DNA from: a virus
DNA length: 64,000 nt
Direction: 5' to 3' (one strand)
Virus record (IMG/VR): IMGVR_UViG_3300030331_006276
The position numbers were made by a program, and so were the translations under genes. This document shows, in pieces, positions 55,276-64,000 of this stretch (its first letter is position 1; the number at the start of each line of letters is the position of its first letter). The notes under the pieces are model-generated. The model had not been told where the DNA came from, ran no database searches, and saw only the letters and a list, made by a program, of their open reading frames with translations.

Positions 55276-58245
55276 ATGGATACTATTGTTACAGGCTACC
55301 CTGAAGTAGATTTATCTATAACTAATCCTAATGTCAAGCGAGATGACGCATTAGATAAATTTACACCATATTCTTTCGTTCAATTTATTGAAACGGTAAC
55401 AGAGCAATACGACCCTGAAACATTAACGACATTTTATAAAACTTATCTGAATCGCTGGAATTCTAAAACTAGCTTACAAGGTAAAACTAACAAAGAAGTA
55501 ATTATTGATCGATATCGAGATTTCTTAAAAGACATTACTTTAAATTTTTCAACTAATGCTGAGCGTACATTTCTTACTCAGCTTGATTTTACTGATGCAC
55601 AAGACTTAGAAATAGCAATGTCTTTCTATAGTAAAAAAATACGAAGTATTATATCATACTATAAAGATAAAAGACAAAAATTATTTTATGCTACTACAAA
55701 AGCCAAAGTAAAAGGTAGCTCTTTAGGGGTAGAGCAAGCAGCTATTGATCTTATTTTAGAATTTTTAGAAAACCGTAGTACAGCTGCTAAAGACTATGAT
55801 ATAGAAAAAATTAAACGAGAGTTATCAATATCTACTACAGAATATTTTGATAATTTTTCACAATATTTTAACAGAGAGCCAGATGCGTCTTCATATGGTA
55901 GATCTTTTAAAAGTTATGATCCAACACAAGCACCACTAGATAATATCTTTTTAGCAGAAGATAGTGAACTTATACAAGAAGTTTTTGCTAATGTTGCTAG
56001 TGATTTAATTGAGCTAAAGGAAGTTCGCAACACTTTAAATTTTAACGTTGAGTCTGATTCTTTATTCAATAATAAAAGAAAACTAACCCAAAAATATATG
56101 GGTGCTGATTTTTATTATCTTGCAACTGATGAAGATGGTAATCCTGAACTTGACGAGAACAACAATCTTAAATTATTGTTTAAAGCTGAAAAACCTTATG
56201 CAAACTTCTTAAACCAAGAGTTTCCGTCAACAGCATCAGTTTTCTCTAATGATATAGTTAGTGAACGTGACTTAGGGTTTTTTAGACCACAAAATTCAGC
56301 AATAGTAGTTATAGAAGGTAAACGATTACAGTTTTTTACAAGAACAAAATATCCTCCTAATCAATTATATATTTTTCCAGATCCTAATCTTTTTACAAAT
56401 ACAGAAAATGTTTTAACGTTTATAATTGATACTTCACGTTCAGTAAATAATGCGAGTAAGGGCATTGCAGTAAATCAACCTAATACAGATAGAGATAGTA
56501 CAGCGTTTATTGGGTATAATTCTGAAATGGGTAAAGATAGAAATGTTAATACAGATTTATCATATCTATTTGACGAAGGGTATATATACGATAGTAAAAA
56601 AGACCTTTTTGGAAATATATTTGGATTAGTAAAAGATGAAAATTATTATCGAAATAATGTTGTCTTGGAAACACCTAAAAAAATAAAAAGCTTGCTAATG
56701 AACGGCTATCAATTTTTTGATAGTTTATATGGTGAGGGTTATAATTTTTCTTATAAAAAAACAGATAGTTCGACATTTTCAGAAACTATTAGATCCGGTC
56801 TATCTACATTTACAAATGGGTTTACTGGAAGAGGTGATCTACCAGATACGCCCAGCACATGGACGAGTTTTCCAACTTCTGCTTATAATATCTTCTTTAG
56901 ATATTTTAATCCTTATCAAGGATTAAAAGAACCTTCGAACTTTTTAGAAGTAGATTATAGAAGACCAGAAGGATTTACAATAGATGCTGATGTTAAAGAA
57001 GGTGCATATTTTAAGTTTTCAGATAGTGAAACGCTTGTTGATCCTACTAGTGCTACTGATATAGGTACATCTAATATTTCAGATTTAAGTTCTTATGCGA
57101 GTAGTACTGCTCAATTTTATTTCTCTGAGTTGACTGAAGGTGGTATTGGTGAGTTTAATTCTACACCTCCATATCCAACATCTTTTCCTAATAAGACTAT
57201 TTTTACAGCGTTGTGTGATCCAACAGATAATTTTACGAAGAGCTTATCTGGTAATTTTAGCTTTAATGTTCGTTTATCTGGAACAAACGGAGTGAAAGAT
57301 TATGATGGTGGCTTCTTTACTGATAATATCATATTTAATTATACGCAAGATAGAGAACAATTTGAATTTAATTCAAGTGTCTTTGAAAAAACTTCTATAT
57401 CTAATGTTACTTCAGCTCGAGAAGCGTTTTTTGATAAGCAAGATCATCTAGGTAAAATATATGTTAAAAATATAAATAAAGCTCCAGCTGCGCCTGCTGT
57501 TAGAGAATTAACACAATCCTTACCGTATCTATCTACAAAATATAATAAATCAATCTGCAATGAGCTTTCAACAGCAGTTGTTGATTTTGATATCTTTTAC
57601 AGTACTCTTTTTATTGAAACAAGCAGTCACGTTATAATTGAGAGAACTAATTACGATAACGATAAATTTAAAACTCCAAATACATTTACTAACTCTTTAA
57701 CTATCAATACTAACTTTTTTGATAAAGCAAGTAATCGATTAAAAGTAGGCGATGATGTTTTCTATTGTAGAATGAAAAGAGAGCAAGTTGGTTATAAAGG
57801 AGATAGATTTTATCCAGAAATTTACCGATATAGTTATACAAAGGACGAAAGTGAGCAAATATACCCTACGACCGGTAACCCTGCTATTTCTTCTGCGGCA
57901 TATTTTGCTTTAACAGCTGAAGACTCAGTATATATAGAATGTAGTAAGCCAATACTAACTTATAGTAGTGATAACGAGCAGTTTAACCTCGCTGTTATTT
58001 TAAAAGATCAAAATAAAGGACCAGTTTTATTTAACTATCTCTTTCAATATAAAAACGATATTGAAATTTGTAATACAGAAGCATATATTTGTAATAATAG
58101 TAGATTTACTTTTAATTTTACTCAATCAGCAAAAAATATACGTAACTTAGATAATATTAATTTTGTATTATCTTCTACGGTACCTGCTTTAACAACAACA
58201 TTTGTAGAGCCATCACCTCTATCTGCAGCAGCTTTAATACTATGA
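55276..58245 (+). CDS. Large structural protein
   Basis: 989 aa, TAAATA upstream, within the baseplate cluster. Confidence 0.65.
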   Translation: MDTIVTGYPEVDLSITNPNVKRDDALDKFTPYSFVQFIETVTEQYDPETLTTFYKTYLNRWNSKTSLQGKTNKEVIIDRYRDFLKDITLNFSTNAERTFLTQLDFTDAQDLEIAMSFYSKKIRSIISYYKDKRQKLFYATTKAKVKGSSLGVEQAAIDLILEFLENRSTAAKDYDIEKIKRELSISTTEYFDNFSQYFNREPDASSYGRSFKSYDPTQAPLDNIFLAEDSELIQEVFANVASDLIELKEVRNTLNFNVESDSLFNNKRKLTQKYMGADFYYLATDEDGNPELDENNNLKLLFKAEKPYANFLNQEFPSTASVFSNDIVSERDLGFFRPQNSAIVVIEGKRLQFFTRTKYPPNQLYIFPDPNLFTNTENVLTFIIDTSRSVNNASKGIAVNQPNTDRDSTAFIGYNSEMGKDRNVNTDLSYLFDEGYIYDSKKDLFGNIFGLVKDENYYRNNVVLETPKKIKSLLMNGYQFFDSLYGEGYNFSYKKTDSSTFSETIRSGLSTFTNGFTGRGDLPDTPSTWTSFPTSAYNIFFRYFNPYQGLKEPSNFLEVDYRRPEGFTIDADVKEGAYFKFSDSETLVDPTSATDIGTSNISDLSSYASSTAQFYFSELTEGGIGEFNSTPPYPTSFPNKTIFTALCDPTDNFTKSLSGNFSFNVRLSGTNGVKDYDGGFFTDNIIFNYTQDREQFEFNSSVFEKTSISNVTSAREAFFDKQDHLGKIYVKNINKAPAAPAVRELTQSLPYLSTKYNKSICNELSTAVVDFDIFYSTLFIETSSHVIIERTNYDNDKFKTPNTFTNSLTINTNFFDKASNRLKVGDDVFYCRMKREQVGYKGDRFYPEIYRYSYTKDESEQIYPTTGNPAISSAAYFALTAEDSVYIECSKPILTYSSDNEQFNLAVILKDQNKGPVLFNYLFQYKNDIEICNTEAYICNNSRFTFNFTQSAKNIRNLDNINFVLSSTVPALTTTFVEPSPLSAAALIL

Positions 58246-58808
58246 ACACATTTACATTTTCTATATCTACAACCTCAGCAGAAATTAGTAAAGTTTATGA
58301 AACTACCAATCTCTTTGATATAACTAATTTTAAATTAAATTTAGTAGATGTATTTACTGATACATTTCCTAATTATGTTGCAATTGATTGGGGCGACGGA
58401 ACTGAAGTATTAGAACCTGATGTTACTATTTTTCGTGATTATACAAAAGATTCTATTTTCCCAGAAATTAATAAAGGAGTTGCGCCGAAATATTTAACTG
58501 ATACATATAGTCATATATACGAACCATCAAACTTTGCATTAAATAAATCTGTTATTTTAAAAGTCAATATAGGCTATGTAACAGGTGAAACTACTCAATT
58601 GAGTGCTCCAATAAATATTCGTACTAATGGCTACTACCAGTCTATAGAAGATATAGATTTAATTGGATTAGATCTCCTTAATAAAGCTGATAACCCATCT
58701 AGATTTACTTTTCTTACTAAAAAGGATGATTATATAGTACAAATGGATAATGATCAATTTAAAGAAGACCCTTCTAAAGGTGGTGCAGGTGGAGTTGGGC
58801 AATACTAG
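58242..58808 (+). CDS. Structural protein with PKD-like motif
   Basis: IDWGDGT...HIY. Confidence 0.55.
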   Translation: MNTFTFSISTTSAEISKVYETTNLFDITNFKLNLVDVFTDTFPNYVAIDWGDGTEVLEPDVTIFRDYTKDSIFPEINKGVAPKYLTDTYSHIYEPSNFALNKSVILKVNIGYVTGETTQLSAPINIRTNGYYQSIEDIDLIGLDLLNKADNPSRFTFLTKKDDYIVQMDNDQFKEDPSKGGAGGVGQY

Positions 58809-58829
58809 TATATAGCATAAATATTGTTA

Positions 58830-61208
58830 ATGGGATCTTTAGTAAAATCTAGTCTAAGTGCACTTAGCTCTGCAGAGGCTAGCTTTTGTCCAATGAATAT
58901 TGAATTAGATCAATTTCCTAGGACATTTAATGGCGGTTTTAAGATAAATTTCATACAGGCTCTTTCAGGTGCGCAAAGCTTTAAGAATTTAAACTATACA
59001 AATTTTTATCTTACAGATAATGTACTGTTAGATAGTGTTACTACTTATAATGCGCCAAAAATAAAACCCGATAAATATACAACAACGTTAAATTTTGGAT
59101 TTAGTGCTTCTGCTTTTTGCAAATTTAAACAAGCTTCTTTAAGTACGTTTAAAATAGAAAATAAAATTTTTGAAGCTGAAAACTACGGTACAGCATCAAT
59201 TGATTCAGTTAGTGGTGATATTTTTGAAATAGAATTGATTGATGATTTTAATTGTAGGGTTGCAACTCGTGTTAATAATATAAGATATTTTCTCGTTGTT
59301 GAAGATGATAACGAAGCAGGATTTAAAGATACTCGAGATGTTTTATTTGTTTCAGAAAGTCAATTACCTCTTTCAGGATTTAATTTAAATTACAACTTAT
59401 GTAAATATACTTCAATAAGTTATCTTAATTTATATTCAACAAAGCAGAAGGGCAGTACGCGTATAGTTTATGCTTTAACTAGTAACGGTAATAAAGTTGT
59501 TGCTACAAAACTTGACCCATCAAAAAATTATAATGAGTTTGTAGTTACAAATTTTAGTATAAGGCTTGATCAAGAATTAAACTTAACCATACCATCGCCT
59601 TACAATACATCTTATATAACATATAACGAAAGTGGTAAAATAAGAGATACAAAAAGTGATTTTAATTTACCATCAAATTATTTGCTGTTTAGTTCAAGTG
59701 ATAATGATAAGCAAGTTTTTGATTTTCTTACTTTAAAGAATATAGTTAATACACAAGATTCTTTTACATCATCAAATAATTTATTATCTACTTCTGAAAC
59801 ACCTATATTCGCGCAAAATTTAAGAACATATACGAGTATCTTTACTGATATTGATAGTGAAAAAAATGAAACTTTAGCATTAAATTATGTTTATAATAAT
59901 TATGACTTAGTTATTAAACCTGGAACAACACATTTTACTACGCCTTCGTCTCTTCAACCTTTTGATAAAATTAATATTAATGATACTAAATTTGCAGATT
60001 GTGGATCATTTTCATTTATTGCACCAGATTTATCTGACCGTGTATATAATTTAGATGATGATACCGTACAAAGTGAAGATGTAACTTATCTTTGCACTTG
60101 GTTATCGGGCGGTATAGGTACTCGTGGAACGTGGGTTGATAGATATTATTATCCTGATTTAGTTTCTAAAGAAACAGCCTTAGGTGGAGTTGCTTCATTT
60201 AATATAACATATGATCAAGCAGTTGAAAACTTAATAATGACTAATTCTAGTCTTAAGAGTTCTGTTACACAAAAATATTATTTTGATAAAAGAAGTGATC
60301 TTGTTTTTGAGCCATCAAAAAGATACAAGTATGTTAGAATTGCAAAAGAAAATTTTGCTATGAAGACACCTACTAATTTTTGTGATATATCAATTATAGA
60401 TGAAAAAATTAATAATTATTTTTCTTCAATAAATGAAAACGGTGGTTTTGGTTTAGGGTTTACGATACAAAATGATACAGATGATTTTTATTTAGAATCA
60501 GAATTTAATTCAATACACGGTGGTATATATTTTGAAAAGAGTGGTAAAAATTGTAAGTTAATTTATAGACTATTTGATAATAGTACTGAAGGTATAAGCT
60601 TATCAGCAAGAATAGATCAAACTACATATGAATATGCTTTTGAAATAGATTTATTCGAACAAAATAATATCTTTATATCTTTTGATGCTGTTTTAGGTGA
60701 ATTTAGATTATATTTAAATTCGAATGAATTATATACATTTGAAATTAATGCTTTTCAAATGTTTACAAAGCGATTGCTTTTTGGAGATATTTTTATCTAT
60801 TATAATGATAATAATAATGTGCAGCAGAATATTGAAATATTGCGTAATGCAGCTAGTGATCCAGAAGATAGAATTGCAATAGATAATTTATATCTTTCTT
60901 TAGAACCATTAAATGAAAATGAAAGATTAGCATTTTTGTTTAGTACAAATATTAATAATATACAAGATATAACTTTATCACTACCATGTGGTCAGAGAAA
61001 TTTAACAGATAATATTCAATTAGTTAATTCTATTAATACTAATCTTAAACATAAGAGTAATGAAGTGGATATTAATATTAAAAATTTAAATATATCAGAT
61101 AAAGATATTCGGGAAGAAGTAAAAAATATAGTTATAACTAATATTAAAAACTCTATACCGGAAACAGCTAATATTAATGAGATTAAATTTATAGATTATA
61201 AAAAATGA
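58830..61208 (+). CDS. Large structural protein
   Basis: ATG lies 6 nt after TAAATA. Beta-rich composition. Confidence 0.65.
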   Translation: MGSLVKSSLSALSSAEASFCPMNIELDQFPRTFNGGFKINFIQALSGAQSFKNLNYTNFYLTDNVLLDSVTTYNAPKIKPDKYTTTLNFGFSASAFCKFKQASLSTFKIENKIFEAENYGTASIDSVSGDIFEIELIDDFNCRVATRVNNIRYFLVVEDDNEAGFKDTRDVLFVSESQLPLSGFNLNYNLCKYTSISYLNLYSTKQKGSTRIVYALTSNGNKVVATKLDPSKNYNEFVVTNFSIRLDQELNLTIPSPYNTSYITYNESGKIRDTKSDFNLPSNYLLFSSSDNDKQVFDFLTLKNIVNTQDSFTSSNNLLSTSETPIFAQNLRTYTSIFTDIDSEKNETLALNYVYNNYDLVIKPGTTHFTTPSSLQPFDKININDTKFADCGSFSFIAPDLSDRVYNLDDDTVQSEDVTYLCTWLSGGIGTRGTWVDRYYYPDLVSKETALGGVASFNITYDQAVENLIMTNSSLKSSVTQKYYFDKRSDLVFEPSKRYKYVRIAKENFAMKTPTNFCDISIIDEKINNYFSSINENGGFGLGFTIQNDTDDFYLESEFNSIHGGIYFEKSGKNCKLIYRLFDNSTEGISLSARIDQTTYEYAFEIDLFEQNNIFISFDAVLGEFRLYLNSNELYTFEINAFQMFTKRLLFGDIFIYYNDNNNVQQNIEILRNAASDPEDRIAIDNLYLSLEPLNENERLAFLFSTNINNIQDITLSLPCGQRNLTDNIQLVNSINTNLKHKSNEVDINIKNLNISDKDIREEVKNIVITNIKNSIPETANINEIKFIDYKK

Positions 61209-63238
61209 TTGAATATTTTAAATATACAGCAGCTGGATCGTTTACATTAAGTGGAGCTTCGTATTCTGGTTTTGTAAACGTTAGAGATGGCGTAGCATAT
61301 ACCGGTAAAACTTTTACTCAAAATTCTAGTATTTTACAATCTTTAAATACGTTTTTTGCAAATAGTGTTTTAAATAAATTAGAATTTGATAGAACAACGA
61401 CACCAACAAATGAAAGAGATATATTAACTAAACCGGTTGTATCGCCTAGAAGCGTAATAGATCAATCTTTCGTTGATACAAACTTAGGTATTTTAAATAA
61501 AAATAATTTAAATTTATATGCATTAAATATTACTTCGCGTAATGATTTATTAAACTTTAAAAATTCAGCAAAAAATGGTGATGCATACTTTTTAGGATTA
61601 TCTAGTGGTAAAAATGATATACGAAACAACGATACGAAGCAAGCAAAAGATAATTTGTTTCCTATTCAAATTGACCCATTTAGTTTTATTGATAAGGTAC
61701 CTGGTGTAAGTGTATTAGATGATACAATTGATAGTACTTTGTTTGTATACAACGATGAGACATATTTTTATTTTACTACTACACCTACAACGTCACATAC
61801 TTTCTCAGGCAGCTTTACCAAAAATAGTAGTTTAGTACCAATAACACCTGATGAAGATACAGGTGAAACATTATTTAAAGGTGGTACGAGATTTACATAT
61901 GATAACTCAACAGATATTTTATATAGTTTATCAGCTGGTACAAATGAAATTGATCTGAATCTTTATGATAACAGTTTTATTAATCCGTGTGGTAAATTAA
62001 AACTTGTTGATAAAATAACATTAGAAGAAAATATTATAGATGAAACTGTTAAGATAGGAAAAAATTTACTAGGTTATCGATATAATGAAGTAGATAGTGA
62101 AGAGGGTATCGATACTACGTTTATTTCTATAAGAAATAAATATTCTAATAAATTAATTAAAACAATAACGACAATAGAGGATGAAGATATAATTGCTTTC
62201 GATATTAGGGACTCAGATGATTCAATATTAGTTATAACTGAGCCTGGACAAGCTCCTCCGGATATAATTGAGCAAAGTACAAGCAGTGAAGGTATATTTT
62301 ATTTATATCAATTAGATGCAGAAAGAATAGTTGATTTAGGCCCTGAATTAAATCCGAAAATTATTTATAGACATAGACCTTCATATGATTTTACATCAGT
62401 AAATGAAGATGATATTGATATCTTCTTTTCACAAAATGATTCAAATATTTTTATTATTAACGATAGGGGATTTATAACAACAAGATTTATTTCTAATCCA
62501 GCAGAAGTTTCAGGATTTGCAGATCCGAATAATTTGCAATATCTATCTGATATGTATTTTGATAATACAAGTGAGCGTTTTAATCTAATCGAAAAGAAAT
62601 TTAATTCTAATATACTTAGATCAAACTATTTTAATTATATAAACTATATAGTAGCAAAAAATGATACAGATTTATTCTTTTTATTACATAATATAGGTCG
62701 TATATATTTGTTTAAAGAAAGTAGTTTATTATATCAAAATTTTGTACCTTTAGATCTTAAAAATTTATATGAAAAAATTATAAGTTGTGAATCAAGCTTA
62801 GGAAGTTCTTTGAATAGTGAGATACAAAATATTGTTAAAGATACTGTAAATATATTTTTGAGCCTTAGTCTTATACCAGCTCCGGCATTAATAGATAATA
62901 TACCTATACTAAGAAATTATATAACATATAAAGGGTTAGATATTAATTTTAGAGATATAGAGTTTCATGAAAATGAAGCAGTAGACTATAATGTTATTTC
63001 TCGTGTAATAAATGAACTTTTTGAACTTCAGCAACAAGTTTTAAATAGTATAGTAGATAAATCTGTAGTATTAGAAGAAGAACCAGAAGATGACTTTGCT
63101 GGTGAAATTGTTATAGGTGAGGTTGATTTTAGTGAGTTAAATCCTGCTAGTACAGGGTCAAGTAATACGACACCTCCCCCGCCGCCTCCACAGAGTCCGC
63201 AGAACTTCCGACCTAGTAGTGGTTCTACTGGTTACTAG
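61205..63238 (+). CDS. Large structural protein
   Basis: ATGA overlap and a Pro-rich tail. Confidence 0.65.
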   Translation: MIEYFKYTAAGSFTLSGASYSGFVNVRDGVAYTGKTFTQNSSILQSLNTFFANSVLNKLEFDRTTTPTNERDILTKPVVSPRSVIDQSFVDTNLGILNKNNLNLYALNITSRNDLLNFKNSAKNGDAYFLGLSSGKNDIRNNDTKQAKDNLFPIQIDPFSFIDKVPGVSVLDDTIDSTLFVYNDETYFYFTTTPTTSHTFSGSFTKNSSLVPITPDEDTGETLFKGGTRFTYDNSTDILYSLSAGTNEIDLNLYDNSFINPCGKLKLVDKITLEENIIDETVKIGKNLLGYRYNEVDSEEGIDTTFISIRNKYSNKLIKTITTIEDEDIIAFDIRDSDDSILVITEPGQAPPDIIEQSTSSEGIFYLYQLDAERIVDLGPELNPKIIYRHRPSYDFTSVNEDDIDIFFSQNDSNIFIINDRGFITTRFISNPAEVSGFADPNNLQYLSDMYFDNTSERFNLIEKKFNSNILRSNYFNYINYIVAKNDTDLFFLLHNIGRIYLFKESSLLYQNFVPLDLKNLYEKIISCESSLGSSLNSEIQNIVKDTVNIFLSLSLIPAPALIDNIPILRNYITYKGLDINFRDIEFHENEAVDYNVISRVINELFELQQQVLNSIVDKSVVLEEEPEDDFAGEIVIGEVDFSELNPASTGSSNTTPPPPPPQSPQNFRPSSGSTGY

Positions 63239-63252
63239 GATAAATATAAATA

Positions 63253-64000
63253 ATGCCTGAGAGTCTTACACAGCAACGTATATCAGATCAATATACATCA
63301 TTACTACATGTAAGTGGTGGTGATATTAGTTCTTCGGATCAGCGTAGTATAGGTGGTGAAGCAAAAATTGCAAAAGTGTATGATGGTGCGGGTAACGTTA
63401 CTGGTATATCTTTAAGTTCAGTAGATGATAGATTTGTAATTAATAATTATGCTGAACCAGTTGGTTTCTCATATCAAACAGAATGGTTAGATGCTTTTTT
63501 TCCTATAAACGTCATAATAATGACAACAAATTTTGAGAATCCAGAAAAGAGAATAAAGGGAACGAAATGGATTTTACAATCTGAAGGGTTATTTGCAGTA
63601 GGCGCAGGAACTCATACAGATAAAAATGAAGATACATTTACGTTTACACCTGGAGGCATAAAACAAAAAGATCCAGAAAATTTAAAAAATGGGGATTTAG
63701 CAGGAGAATATAGAGCTGGTATAAAGTTAGAAGATTTACCTAACCATACACATAGTACAGATACTAGAACAGAAATAGTACCTGAAGGAAAAGAAGGTGA
63801 AGGTACTAATGTAGGTTTTATATTTTATTTTGGTGATAGTATTAACCCGCAACAATTAATAGGTGATGATGCGCGTTATTTAGATAGTGATGCAATTGTT
63901 GCATTTCAAAATAATACTAGATATAAAGATATACTTAATTATCGTGATCATATAATTAGGGAAAATCACAATGCTGGAAAAGTATATACAGATGCTGATT
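63253..64000 (+). CDS. Baseplate gp10-like or tail-fibre collar-type protein (partial)
   Basis: Hand translation MPESLTQQRISDQY...FFPINVIIMTTNFENP...GTKW...GLFAVGAG...LPNHTH is open to the window end. Confidence 0.7.
   Translation, partial: MPESLTQQRISDQYTSLLHVSGGDISSSDQRSIGGEAKIAKVYDGAGNVTGISLSSVDDRFVINNYAEPVGFSYQTEWLDAFFPINVIIMTTNFENPEKRIKGTKWILQSEGLFAVGAGTHTDKNEDTFTFTPGGIKQKDPENLKNGDLAGEYRAGIKLEDLPNHTHSTDTRTEIVPEGKEGEGTNVGFIFYFGDSINPQQLIGDDARYLDSDAIVAFQNNTRYKDILNYRDHIIRENHNAGKVYTDAD

Larger units (their letters stand above)
4108..58823. promoter_or_regulatory. Recurrent late promoter core TAAATA placed 5-6 nt before start codons
   Basis: Plus-strand examples at 4108, 18286, 26644, 27211, 33550, 35295, 35916, 38814, 40921, 41658, 43610 and 58818. 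Minus-strand examples before 6019, 14316, 32418 and 50306. Confidence 0.85.

Noticed and set aside
1-64000. Genome-wide stop-codon reassignment (TGA=Trp or TAG=Gln)
   Set aside because: Long conserved genes are intact in code 11, Trp is encoded by TGG, and TGA and TAG end genes at sensible places (15959, 7180, 7381). Only 18387 looks recoded.

Overview
This window is a fragment of a large T4-like myophage genome. It is AT-rich and uses the standard code. The host is probably a Verrucomicrobia/PVC bacterium, inferred from DUF1501, the RpoD-like sigma factor, the SdhB type and a secreted EF-hand protein. Bases 1-6 kb hold late-promoter genes, including auxiliary metabolic genes (ppa, a lone sdhB, ferredoxin). 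Bases 6.2-21.2 kb hold an array of small minus-strand early genes, many preceded by the same AGGAACT-N4-TATAAT promoter. That region also carries a RadA-like ATPase, DUF1501, a thermonuclease, a sigma70, three tRNAs and two candidate structured ncRNAs. Bases 21.7-26.6 kb encode nucleotide-sugar enzymes, GMP reductase, SOD and a nuclease. Bases 26.6-64 kb are the morphogenesis module (tail fibre, neck, terminase, sheath, tube, baseplate), with dUTPase and a clamp loader inserted. There are four main leads. (1) A late gene at 18297-18752 has an in-frame UGA followed by a bacterial SECIS-like hairpin, making it a candidate phage selenoprotein. (2) A tRNA-shaped RNA has its anticodon loop replaced by a 53-nt structured insert. 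(3) Promoter-delimited gene cassettes point to near-universal leaderless mRNAs. (4) An L-S-[AGST] motif is heavily enriched in virion proteins, close to rhamnose-pathway and glycosyltransferase genes. All calls come from motif recognition by eye; no databases or folding programs were run.
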